From Octopus bimaculoides (Eukaryota), in the NCBI RefSeq assembly GCF_001194135.2, contig NC_068984.1, positions 107,365,008 to 107,398,949 of the forward strand: a stretch of 33,942 nucleotides of DNA. Reading direction: 5' to 3'. The notes under the pieces were generated by a model. That model worked only from the letters and a program-made list of their open reading frames with translations. It did not search any database and was not told the origin of the DNA. Made by a program: the position numbers and the translations under genes. Positions 23,920 through 33,942 of this stretch are shown one piece after another. Within the stretch, counting starts at the first letter, position 1, and every line of letters begins with the position of its first letter.

Positions 23920-24252
23920 NNNNNNNNNNNNNNNNNNNNNNNNNNNNNNNNNNNNNNNNNNNNNNNNNNNNNNNNNNNNNNNNNNNNNNNNNNNNNNNNN
24001 NNNNNNNNNNNNNNNNNNNNNNNNNNNNNNNNNNNNNNNNNNNNNNNNNNNNNNNNNNNNNNNNNNNNNNNNNNNNNNNNNNNNNNNNNNNNNNNNNNNN
24101 NNNNNNNNNNNNNNNNNNNNNNNNNNNNNNNNNNNNNNNNNNNNNNNNNNNNNNNNNNNNNNNNNNNNNNNNNNNNNNNNNNNNNNNNNNNNNNNNNNNN
24201 NNNNNNNNNNNNNNNNNNNNNNNNNNNNNNNNNNNNNNNNNNNNNNNNNNNN
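23920..24252. other. Assembly gap (N run)
   Basis: 333 consecutive N. Confidence 0.99.
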
Positions 24253-24370
24253 CTGTGGAAGAGCGTAGGCTCGAAATATTAAAGATTTTTTCTATTCCCG
24301 AGCGTTATACTAATACATCTATTTGTTTTCTACACCACCTGTCTTCGTCTGTTGTTTTTTTGTGAATTCT

Positions 24371-24373
<3 letters not shown>
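24253..24373 (+). mobile_element. Second copy of the 235-371 hammerhead-bearing fragment, abutting the gap and ending in (TA)n
   Basis: CTGTGGA-A-GAGC-GTAG-GCTC-GAA-ATAT-T-AAAG (24253-24284), then the same downstream sequence. The stem I 5' strand is hidden in the gap. Confidence 0.65.
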
Positions 24374-24406
<33 letters not shown>

Positions 24407-24679
24407 GCACTCATGCATACACATACCTATGCATGTGCATACATATGCGTCTGTAAGTGCATGAGTGTATGTGTGTGCGTGTATGTGTGTGCGTGTATGT
24501 TTGTTTACATCTTTTAGATCAATGAAATCTTTTTATAGTACCATGTATGTCCCTTTGTGTGTGTGTGTGTGTGTGAAATTGATAAATACAATTCATGATA
24601 AAAATATAATTTCATGTTCATTAAGATACTGGTGAATTCAGAGCTCACTACAGTTTGCCTGCAGTTAGCTGCCTCTAAC

Positions 24680-25258
24680 TGTCACTTACTTCCACTCCAT
24701 TTGCTGTTTTACTCTTCTTTCCTTAGCATCTTTGGAGCAAAGCCTTTAAATGTTGTTCACCTGTTTTAGCATCTCTCAATGCCACGCACTTCCACTCCAT
24801 CTTTTGTTTTACTCGTCTTTGCCTACAGCGTGAACAACAGGGACACACTTTGCATTTTGTCGAAGACATGTTGGGGCAAGCGAAAGCGAAATCGTGATGG
24901 CACCTGTACCCAGCACCGCCTTCCTTGCACTTGTGCTGATAGCACGTGTAAAGACATTCGAGCGAGATCATTGCCAGTGCCGCTGGACTGGCTCCTGTGC
25001 AGGTGGCACGTAAAATACACCATTTTGAGCGTGGCCGTTGCCAGTATCACCTGACTGGCCTTCATGCCAGTGGCACGTAAAAGCACCCTCTACACTCTTG
25101 GAATGGTTGGTGTTAGGAAGGGCATCCAGCTGTAGAAACTCTGCCAAATCAGATTGGAGCCTGGTGTAGCCATCTGGTTCACCAGTCCTCAATCAAATCA
25201 TCCAACCCATGCTAGCATGGAAAGTAGACGTTAAACAATGATGATGATGATGATGATC
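24680..25258 (+). mobile_element. Long copy of the family A non-autonomous retroelement with (GAT)n tail
   Basis: Internal repeats of ggcacgtaaaa, a duplicated acttccactccat motif (24687, 24788), and a 3' end matching 1-226. Confidence 0.8.
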
Positions 25259-26067
25259 CTGTTGGTGCCAGCTAAATTTCACAGCAGAATGCCTTGGCAG
25301 ACTTTTAGAATAGCACATCCATATAAGTTGGAATTTCTCTATTGTGACAATGATTTTTGAAAATCTTTTTTCACCACAACCATGCAAATGATGGGGGAAA
25401 GCTTTTTATGAAAACATTTTTTGAAAATTAACGAATACCCACCCCACCTTCAGGACCACATTTGTCTTTTCTTTTTCTACTTTTTTTTCTTTGTTTTTGC
25501 CCTACATACTTAGAAACAATGGGAGAAACCTTGAAGATCAACAAAATAAAAATTTAGGCAACTGGCAATCACCATTACAGTCCCCACTTCCTTCATTTTC
25601 AAGCAGAAAATGAAATACAATTTTAAAACAACACTGAAATTTTAAAAAACATTTTCATTAACCCCTCCCCCATAAATTCTAAAATTTAAGCTTTTTTCAA
25701 ATCTTTTTCAATCCTACTTATAAAATACAGATAGTCCAAATTTGTAATTTGCTTCTATTTACAATTTCAACATAATTTTCTGATTAAACAGTGTGTGATT
25801 TAAGGGATATTTAGCTGTTGTTTCTAGCGAATCTCACAACTTCCTGGTACCTTCCTTGTTCTTTTGTCCTTCTGACATATATTGATGTTTTCCAATATTT
25901 TTCTCCCCTAACACATTTTATGGAATGATGATGTGGTGGTCCATTGCTGGGATTTAAGGAAAATCAAAAAAAAATTTGTTATTTGAATCTTTAACCATTA
26001 CCCTGCACCAAGCAAGTCCATATATGTTTGTGTGTACAAGAAAAACATTTACTAACAGAAAAGTATG

Positions 26068-26436
26068 CTCTTTTACTCTTTTACTTATTTCAGTCATTTG
26101 AGTGCGGCCATGCTGGAGCACCGCCTTTAGTCGAGCAAATCAACCCTAGGACTTATTCTTTGTAAGCCTAGTACTTATTCTATCAGTCTCTTTTGCCGAA
26201 CCGCTAAGTTGTGAAACGATGTTGGGGGGACAAAGAGACATACAAACATATACACACGTACACATATATATATACATATATACGACGGGCTTCTTTCAGT
26301 TTCCGTCTACCAAATCCACTCACAAGGCTTTGGTCGGCCCAAGGCTATAGTAGAAGATACTTGCCCAAGGTGCCACGCAGTGGGACTGAACCCAGAACCA
26401 TGTGGTTGGTAACCAAGCTACTTATCACACATCCAC
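26068..26436 (-). mobile_element. SINE family B, near full length
   Basis: Same sequence as 17793-18204 with a small internal deletion. Confidence 0.92.
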
Positions 26437-26741
26437 ATTGAAATCAATTATCTTTTTACATACCTTTTTAAATCACTCTGCTGCCCTAATGAAATTCCTT
26501 ACACACATGCATACATGACCACTGACAAACACACACACACACACTCAGAATGAGTGATATACTTTTATAGAGGATGAGAAAGTGTACCATGAGAAAATGA
26601 AAGATAAACAAATAGAGAGAGAGATCTTTTCTGTTGTCAAAGATTTGGAAATTTTAAAATTAAGTGAAAATGTTCAAATTACGTATATTGATGTACCTTT
26701 TTACAATGAATCCAAGTCTGGGATTTCTTTATTTCTTTATA

Positions 26742-28024
26742 TATTGAGTCATCCCATAAATAATGCGGTTTTATCAATTGTAGGAACTAAAAGTTGGAGG
26801 GGGAGGGATAAACTGTCTGCGTCAACTTGCTATAAAAACAGGTAGTAATTTTACCTTGTACTTATTCTTAGTGCAAGTCTTGAAGAGTGCAGTTCAATTT
26901 TAAGTTATTTTTTTCAAAGCTATAATGGAAGTGACAAAAGAGCATATTTGGCATCATTTGCTTTATGAGTTCAATAAAGGCAACAATGCAACATAAAGCA
27001 TGAGGAATATTAATGAAGTATATGAGGATTGGACAATAAGCATAAGTCAGTATCAATGGTAGTTTCAGAAATTCTGAGCCGGAAACTACAGCCTAGAAGA
27101 TGAGCCTCATCCTGGAAGATCTGTAGAGCTTGACGAAGACGTCCTACAAACCCTGGTGGAACAAAATCCCATTGTAACTGTTGAGGAGCTAGCAGAGAAG
27201 CTTGGATTTGGTCATTCAACCATTCATTGACACCTGTGTGCCATCAGAAAAGTCAGCAAATTGGGCCAATGGGTTCCTTACAAATATTCCGAACCTAATC
27301 ACGCACAGAGTGAATGTATGATCTTTGTTGCTGTCACATCTCACAAATGAACCTTTTTTGGAGCAAATAGTGACTGGTGATGAGAAATGGGTTCTCTATA
27401 AAAATGTCAAGCACTGAAGACAGTGGGTAGCGAAAGAAGAAACACCGGTACCCAGGTAAGAGAAGGTTTTTACCCATGTAAGGTGTTGTTATCTGTTTGG
27501 TGGGATATGAAAGATTTAGTCCTCTTTGAACTTTTAAGCTCATGCCAAATGATAACAAAGGAGATCTACAGTGAGCAGCTTGAGTGATTTAAGTCAGCAC
27601 TAGAAGAAAAATGACTGTCTTTGGTTTCAAGACAAAAGGTGTTCTTCTATCGGGATAATGCTCAGCCACATACAGCAAGGATAACATTCCAAAAGATGGA
27701 GCAGTTTGAATGGGAAATGATGCCCCACTCACCATATTCACTGGACATTGCTCCATCCGATTATTATGTATTCTACAGTCTTCAAACTTGTTTGGACAGG
27801 AAAATATGAATTCTGTAGACAAGGTCAGAACAGTAGTGGAGGAGTATTTTTCATCACGGGCAAGTGAACGTTGGAAGAGGGGCCTTACAAGTCTAAAAGA
27901 TAGATGGAAGAGCATTGTAGAAAATGAAGGAGAGTATATTTTAGATTACAAAAGAACTCTATCTTAATTTTGAAAAATAAAAGAAGTATAAAAAATTGTG
28001 CTTTATTTATGGAATGACCCAATA
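26742..28024 (+). mobile_element. Full-length (1283 bp) dead mariner element, DD34D
   Basis: TIRs tattgagtcatcccataaataatgc / gctttatttatggaatgacccaata (3 mismatches in 25), TA on both sides. ATG at 26925 (MEVTKEHIWHHLLYEFNKG), then WVPY, IVTGDEKWV and RDNAQPH..PYSLDIAPSDY (34 residues D to D). Multiple stops and frameshifts. Confidence 0.95.
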
Positions 28025-28134
28025 TACACACACCTATTACAGACACATTTTTAGCTCTAGTTTTTTGTACAGTTTTGTAATATAAATTGTTTATTGATAT
28101 TTTTCTTCCTTTTGTTTTTTTTTCTTTCTGCTAG

Positions 28135-28336
28135 ACATATTTCAGTGAAAGATCTTGAAAATATTATTCTGAAGATAGAGCCTGAAATGAACAGCCATTC
28201 AGTTGAGAAGATACTGCATTGGGTCTTTAAGGCAACAGAAGAAACCTTGCCAAAAGCTGAAGATCTGCCACAAGCTGATGTTCTGTCACGACTCAAAAAG
28301 GCTGATATTAAATGTTCTGTATTTAATATTGTCTGA
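28135..28336 (+). CDS. TSNAXIP1: Terminal coding exon (phase 2) of the TSNAXIP1-like gene: (K)HISVKDLENIILKIEPEMNSHSVEKILHWVFKATEETLPKAEDLPQADVLSRLKKADIKCSVFNIV*
   Basis: Long polypyrimidine tract and AG at 28133-28134; phase matches exon 6369-6472 (AA+A = Lys); 67 codons ending TGA. Resembles the recalled TSNAXIP1 end (IDP.L....V..Y...AF...LERL...DIRR). Confidence 0.72.
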
Positions 28337-28428
28337 GAAATATTCTCTTCTGTTGTTCTTGTACATATAAGACTTGAAATACTCTTCGACTTTAAAATCA
28401 TCAAATCATAAAATGGTGTAACTTTTTA

Positions 28429-28434
28429 AATAAA
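28429..28434 (+). promoter_or_regulatory. Candidate polyadenylation signal AATAAA
   Basis: About 90 bp after the stop, followed by a T/GT-rich tract; AATAAA is common in AT-rich DNA. Confidence 0.35.
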
Positions 28435-28538
28435 TATATTTTTTTAGTTGGTTTATATGAAATATTTTCAGTATTTCCCACCTGTTTTCTGTTGTTTTAA
28501 TTTCATATCTATTTCCAGAAATAGCCTTTTTTTCTTAT

Positions 28539-29260
28539 ATGGCTGTGTGGTTAAGAAGCTCATTTCACAATCACATAGGTTCAATCCCACTGTAACAATA
28601 TCACAAGTTTGTTCTACTTTGGGCCCAGGGCAGCTAATGCTTTAGGAATGAATTTGGTAGACAAAAACAGTATGGAAGCCCATCATATACATATACACCT
28701 TCAGTATATACATATGTAAACATGCATATATATATCAATTTTCTATGTTTGCATGGGTTAGACAGTTTGACTGGAAGTGGTAAGCTGGAGAGTTGCACCA
28801 TGCTCCAGTTTTTTTTACTGGGTTTCTACTGCTGGATGCCCTTCGTAATGCCAACCACTCCACTGAGTGTACCAGGTGTCTTTCACATGTTTACTGGCAC
28901 ATGTGCCTTTTATGTTTACTGGCATAGATGCCTTTTACATGTCACCAGCACAGGTGCCTGTTATGTGTCACCGGCACAGGTGCCTTTTACATGTTACTGA
29001 CATGCGTGCCCTTTATGTGTCACCGGCCCTGGCCATATTTATGCGTATCTTTGTGTTTATGTTTTTCTCCCCACCTCACAGCTTTACAAATGGTATTAAT
29101 TCCTTGTAACTTAGAAATTTAGCAAAAGAGACAGATAGATTAAATAGAAGACTTTCAAAAAAGATAAGTACTAGGGTCGATTTGTTCAACAAAACCCTTT
29201 CAAGACAGTGCCCTATCATGGTCCCAGTCCATCGACTGAAATAAGTTCTTGATAAAAGAT
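28539..29260 (+). mobile_element. Old SINE family B split by a reverse family A insertion
   Basis: Head atggctgtgtggttaagaagc at 28539; tail agtactagggtcgatttgttcaac...gataaaagata ending near 29260. Confidence 0.7.
28755..29035 (-). mobile_element. Family A fragment with an expanded ~26-bp minisatellite (6 units, 28876-29031)
   Basis: gctggatgcccttcgtaatgccaaccactcc, followed by repeats of gtgccttttacatgtcaccagcacag. Confidence 0.75.
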
Positions 29261-29583
29261 AGTTAGGAGGTGTAGCACTGCATATGACCCTTTGTCATGG
29301 TCTCTGAACTTTAATATTATAATATTTGAGGAAGCCTATACTTTATAGATTTAACATCATTTTTTCAAGGTAAATGCAAAGCATATGATATAAAGAATTA
29401 TTTCGAGCTTTTTACACAAAATTACAAACAACATGAAATTTAAGATTTCTTGAGGAAATGGTAAATTAAAAGTTGACATTTGTGCCCTTCAAAAATGCAT
29501 TAGTGACTGACTAATCATGTGAAGAAAATTTAGTTGTTATATTCAAATTTTTATTTTTTCAAAGGTATCAATAATATATAATC

Positions 29584-29792
29584 TTTTATCTTTTATTTTG
29601 TCTCAAACATTAGACTGTGGCCATGCTGGGGCACTGCACTGAAGAAGTTTTAGTCAAATAAATTGACTGAAGTGCATTTTGTTTTCCAAGCTGGGTACTT
29701 ATTCTATTGATCACTTTTGCCAAACTGCTAGGTTATGGGGACAGAAATACACCATCAACAGTTGTCTAGCAGTGGTGGGGGACAAACTCTGA
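29584..29792 (-). mobile_element. SINE family B 3' half
   Basis: gactgtggccatgctggggcac...ggtacttattctattgatcacttttgcc. Confidence 0.75.
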
Positions 29793-29957
29793 CACATAGA
29801 CACCTCTTTGATTATTATCTGTGGGGCACAGTTGAGCAAGAGACCAACAAAACTCCTTGTAACACCAAAGATGAACTGAAGGCAACTATTATGGCAGCAT
29901 TCACCAACTTAACAAGCAGATCACCCAAAAGAGTCACAGGAGATTCCAAAGTCATCT
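29793..29957 (+). mobile_element. maT transposase C-terminal fragment (same family as 3563-4830)
   Basis: LFDYYLWGTVEQETNKTPCNTKDELKATIMAAFTNL vs YYVWGTIEQKTNKTSCNSKDELKVRIMAAFSNL. Confidence 0.85.
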
Positions 29958-29959
29958 GT

Positions 29960-30185
29960 CATCATCATTATCATCATCATCGTTTAACGTCCATTTTCCA
30001 TGCTGGCATGGGTTGGACAGTTCGACTAGGGTCTGGGAAGCCAGGAGGATGCACCAGGTCCCAGTCTGATCTGGCAGTGTTTCTAAAGCTGGATGCCCTC
30101 CCTAACACCAACCACTCTGAGAGTGTAGCGGGTGCTTTTTGCATGCCACCAGCACAGGGGCCAGAGGAGCTGGCATCGACCACAA
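29960..30185 (-). mobile_element. Family A tail, reverse orientation
   Basis: catcatcatcgtttaacgtccattttccatgctggcatgggttggac. Confidence 0.85.
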
Positions 30186-30367
30186 TCAGATGGTGTTTTT
30201 CTACGTGCCACGGCATGCATTTCATCCAAGCGATCAATTAATTTTCCTGGAATTTGCTAATTTGTGTTGGTATTAGTGTTTATTGATGGTTCTTCTTTGA
30301 CATTGGTGCTTAACACTTAAAAGGTTCCAGTTGTCGTTATAGATGTTTTCATCTATCCAATATAGAA

Positions 30368-31797
30368 CATCATCATCATCACCCACTGTTTTAAATCCAG
30401 GTTTTGTCCCTGTTAATGAGGGTGGCCGGATCTACCTCAGTGCCATAGCAACCACCCTCACACCATCTCGCCTGGTTGTGGGCGTCCTTTTGCAAACCAA
30501 CCCTCGCAATCCCCTCCTCCACCTTTTCCTCAGTCTACCGCGGTTTCCCGCTCCATTTATCTCAAACACAATCACTCTCCTCAGAACATACTCTCCATGC
30601 TTCCTCAACACATGCCCATACCACCTCACTCCCTTCCCCCTTGTCAACCATTCCACCGATTCCTCCAACCCCAGCATTCCCATCAAATTGTCTCTTCTCT
30701 TATCAAACAGCTTCATCCTATACATTTCTCTCACCATTGCTCTCACAGTCCTTCTCAAAATTACCATCTCTCTCTCCTTCTGACACCATGTCTCACTCCC
30801 ATACAGCATTGCAACTCTCACACAACTCTTATAGACCCTTCCTTTCATCTTTAATGAGAACCTTTTCCCATATAACAACGCTTCACATTCCCTGAACTTC
30901 ACCCAGCCAAATCTTGCTCTTGTTGTCACAGCTGCTTCACATCCACCACTGTCTTCCAAATAACAAAACCCTCTCACCGTTTCCACCTCATCACATAGCG
31001 TTTCCACTGGTTCCACCAGCCCTCCAGCTCCTTTCTCACATCTTCCACAAACAAACTCTCTTGCCAGTCTTGGAGTCACATTCTTCATTTTCGTACATCT
31101 ACCCTGAATCCATTTCTCACATCTCATACACAACACTGCATTTGCCATTACCTTTCTCCTATATGGATTTACTTTACTCACTAATACTTCTCCTTCCACC
31201 CTGCTCACCATCACCTTTGTCTTCCTGAGGTTTACCTTCAAACCCTTGCTTTCAAACGCCTCCTTCCATTTCCAAATCTTCTCCCTCAATCCCTCCATCG
31301 TTTCACTCATCAGAAAAAGGTCATCTGCACACAGTATCTCCATTAGCAGTCGCTCTTTTGCACTCTCCATCACCACATCAGCCACTATTGCAGACAACAA
31401 CGGTGATAACACAGATCCCTGATGCACACCAACTTTCACTGCAAACTCCTCCAATAGCTCTGATCTGACTCTAACTCTTCTCTTTACCCCCTCACACAAA
31501 CTCATCACTGCCCTCACTATTACCTCTAGTACACCTCTCTTCCTCAATGCCCACTCAAACACCTTCCTTGGAACCCTATCAAATGCCTTCTCCAGATCAA
31601 CGAAGCACATGTACAACTCCTTCTCCTTATCTCAGTATTCTTCTTGCAATCTCCTTACAATGAACACTGCATCTACTGGCCCCCTACCTGGCATAAAACC
31701 AAATTGCATCTCGTCCACATCCACCCACTTCCACATTCTCCTCTCCAACACCCTTTCCACTACCTTCATTGCATGCTCCAATAACTTGACTCCCGTA
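30368..31797 (-). mobile_element. 5'-truncated RTE-clade LINE: reverse transcriptase plus C-terminal region, (GAT)n tail
   Basis: ORF 30432-31616 has FVDLEKAFDRVP, VGVHQGSVLSPLL, ILCADDL, LKVNLRKTKVM, AMLYGSETW and RWYGHVLRK. The upstream frame has GVKLLEHAMK..QFGFMPGRG separated by one stop. Confidence 0.93.
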
Positions 31798-31822
31798 TTT
31801 AAACAGAATTAAACAGAATTTA

Positions 31823-32097
31823 ATAATATAACATAAAGAAAATGGAGTGTGAACACAGAAAAATCAGTTTATTTATATAATTGTTAATTTCATGTCACCT
31901 GCAGACGTTTCAATTCTCACCTTCATTCATATTTTACATTCAAAATTGCATTGTGAATTTAAAAGGTAAAAATCTCTTTAAGGCTAAATTGACATATATT
32001 CATGCATATTTATGTAGGCAATAAGAAATTGACTATTATATAAATAAATTGAATTTTTTTTGTGTTCACACACTCCATTTTCTTTATGTTATATTAT
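31823..32097. repeat. ~275-bp foldback/hairpin element with ~75-bp imperfect inverted arms
   Basis: ataatataacataaagaaaatggagtgtgaacacagaaaaatcagtttatttatataat pairs with attatataaataaattgaattttttttgtgttcacacactccattttctttatgttatattat. Confidence 0.75.
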
Positions 32098-32114
32098 ATA
32101 TATATATATATATT

Positions 32115-32497
32115 GTTGGTGACACTCCGTCGCTTATGGCGTCGAGAGTTCCAGTCAATCCGATCAATGGAACAGCCTACTCGTGAAATTAACGTGCAAG
32201 TGGCTGAGCACTCCACAGACACGTGTACCCTTAACGTAGTTCTCAGGGAGATTCAGCGTGACACAGTGTGACATGGCTGACCCTTTGAACCACAGGCACA
32301 ACAGAAACAGGAAGTAAGAGTGAGAGAAAGTTGTGGGTGAAAGAGTACGGCAGGGTTCGCCACCATCCCCTGCCGGAGCCTCGTGGAGCTTTAGGTGTTT
32401 TCGCTCAATAAACACTCACAGCACCCGGTCTGGGAATCGAAACCGCGATCCTATGACCATGAGTCCGCTTCCCTAACCACTGGGCAATTGCACCTCC
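32115..32497 (-). mobile_element. Full-length SINE family C inserted in (TA)n
   Basis: Reverse complement of 10390-10772, with TA repeats on both sides. Confidence 0.93.
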
Positions 32498-33532
32498 ATA
32501 TATATATATATATATGTATATACCTTCTAATGGTAATTGAAACCAATCACAGCTCAGTTTTCCAGGAGTTAACTTTCTCTACTAACAATCCTTACTACCT
32601 GACTATTGATTATGTATTATTTAGAGTTGGATAAACTTGCTGACATTATCTACTCCATAATTTTAGTTTGGTGTAACTGTCCATTGCATATAAGTACAAC
32701 AAAACAATGATGGTCTTCTGTTGTTCTTTTTTATATAAAGTGCAAACACATGATTCCTTCTTATTATTATTGTTGACTTCATATTTTGTTTAGCAATTCA
32801 ACTCATTAACTGCCATAGGGGTATACTTTTGGATAAAGAATAAACTATTTAAAATATCTTACAGACTAAATTAGTGACATGTATAGCATTTATCATGTAT
32901 ATACAAACTTGGAATGGCACTGGCTGTAGTATTTTGTCTCAGACAAACATCTCAAAGAGACTTATATGATAAAAGTTCAAAAGACATAACTCTCTCAGAA
33001 TGTCATCAGTAAATTATCAGGCATAGGTTGCTGCATCACGATGCTTGTTTATTCATTAAATGTTAATGTCAGAATCAGAAAGAACATTTTGGGTAAGGGA
33101 GAAAAAATAAAGAGCAAGTAATTTGTCATTCTGTAGAATTACAGTTGGTTGAATCAACAAGATGTGCCAGTTGTTTAAATACTGTTAGTGACACATCTAC
33201 TTCCATGGTCAAGATACTTAAGTCTTGATCATTCAGTTCACCTAGTTGTAAATGATCAGCAATGTTTTACTTAATAGAGCATGTCATTCTATATTACAAA
33301 CAATTATTTTCGCACACATATTTTCAATAGAAAGTAATTGAATGCTCTTTAAGAACTGGATAACTTCATAAAGTTCAAGACTTTTAATTGCTGATTTTGT
33401 AGGCTTGCATCCCATGACTAGCACTCAACTATATCACAATACTTGACTTGAAACTGTCTACTTCATCATACAGATATTACAGAGTATACTATACTGTTGT
33501 GTGTATATATATATGTATGTGTATGTGTGTGT

Positions 33533-33700
33533 AACGACATGTGAATCGTTTGCGATTTTTTTTCCTCCGTCTTCCTTTTCTATTGGACTTTCCTCTGTCT
33601 CCTGTTTCTGAAGAAGAGCTTTGCTTGAAACGTAAAACCACCTTTCTTTCCTTCCCTGAGCATCTGCTAAAGCTTTACATGTACCACATCCTCATGTTAT
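33533..33700 (+). mobile_element. Penelope-like/retrozyme-like fragment following a (TG/TA) microsatellite
   Basis: Contains a hammerhead motif; downstream tttc..ttccctgagc resembles the tttctc..ttcccgagc segment of the 235-371 family. Confidence 0.55.
33604..33638 (+). ncRNA. Minimal type-I hammerhead motif with intact CUGAAGA core plus extra A
   Basis: GTTT-CTGAAGA-A-GAGC-TTT-GCTT-GAA-ACGT-A-AAAC: stem I GTTT/AAAC, stem II GAGC/GCTT, palindrome ACGT, GUA cleavage triplet. Confidence 0.65.
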
Positions 33701-33863
33701 CAAATCCTACTGATCAGTGACTTAATTTTGTTTTATTCCTCCAGAATCAATAATAATTTACTATCAGTCATTGATAATGGAATACATGCTTGAATTTTCT
33801 TTGGAAATTTCAGGTCCAATACCAAAGTTATAAAACATTATTTTCCAGAAGCATAATAATCAA

Positions 33864-33866
<3 letters not shown>

Positions 33867-33942
<76 letters not shown>
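33867..33942. repeat. (ATT)n microsatellite running off the window end
   Basis: Directly visible. Confidence 0.97.

Noticed and set aside
23841-24365. 174-aa and 144-aa ORFs
   Set aside because: Artefacts of reading through the N gap.
28094-28134. N-terminal 14 residues (MIFFFLLFFFLSAR) of the listed 80-aa ORF, which look like a signal peptide
   Set aside because: This is the intron polypyrimidine tract and acceptor, not coding sequence.
31300-31313. Minus-strand CTGATGAGTGAAAC
   Set aside because: No stem II; it simply encodes LMSET within the RT ORF.
30343-31812. Several + strand ORFs of 67-146 aa
   Set aside because: Antisense shadows of the RTE reverse transcriptase frame.

Overview
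This is eukaryotic, AT-rich, microsatellite-rich DNA with two assembly gaps (20410-20459 and 23920-24252). The SINE families and repeat style strongly suggest an octopus or other coleoid cephalopod (inference). I can support only two host coding exons, both on the + strand: 6369-6472 and a terminal exon at 28135-28336. They are phase-compatible across a 21,662-bp intron and encode a C-terminus resembling TSNAXIP1 (recognised from memory, not searched). The rest is mostly transposon debris: tRNA-derived SINEs (two with clear TSDs), RTE-clade LINE fragments, a full-length dead mariner (DD34D, TIRs plus TA), a maT/DD37D-type element, a fragmented hAT (Buster/SPIN-like) and a Helitron relic. The most notable signal is invisible in the ORF track: five minimal type-I hammerhead ribozyme motifs (324-359 -, 18829-18871 -, 20002-20044 +, 24253-24284 +, 33604-33638 +) in two lineages, each with a short palindrome replacing stem III. 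One sits in a ~321-bp retrozyme-like monomer. A relative sits at the centre of a 177-bp-arm hairpin whose second arm starts almost exactly at the predicted cleavage site. Most listed ORFs are spurious (microsatellites, SINEs, antisense frames, Ns). All coordinates were counted by hand, and repeat boundaries are approximate.
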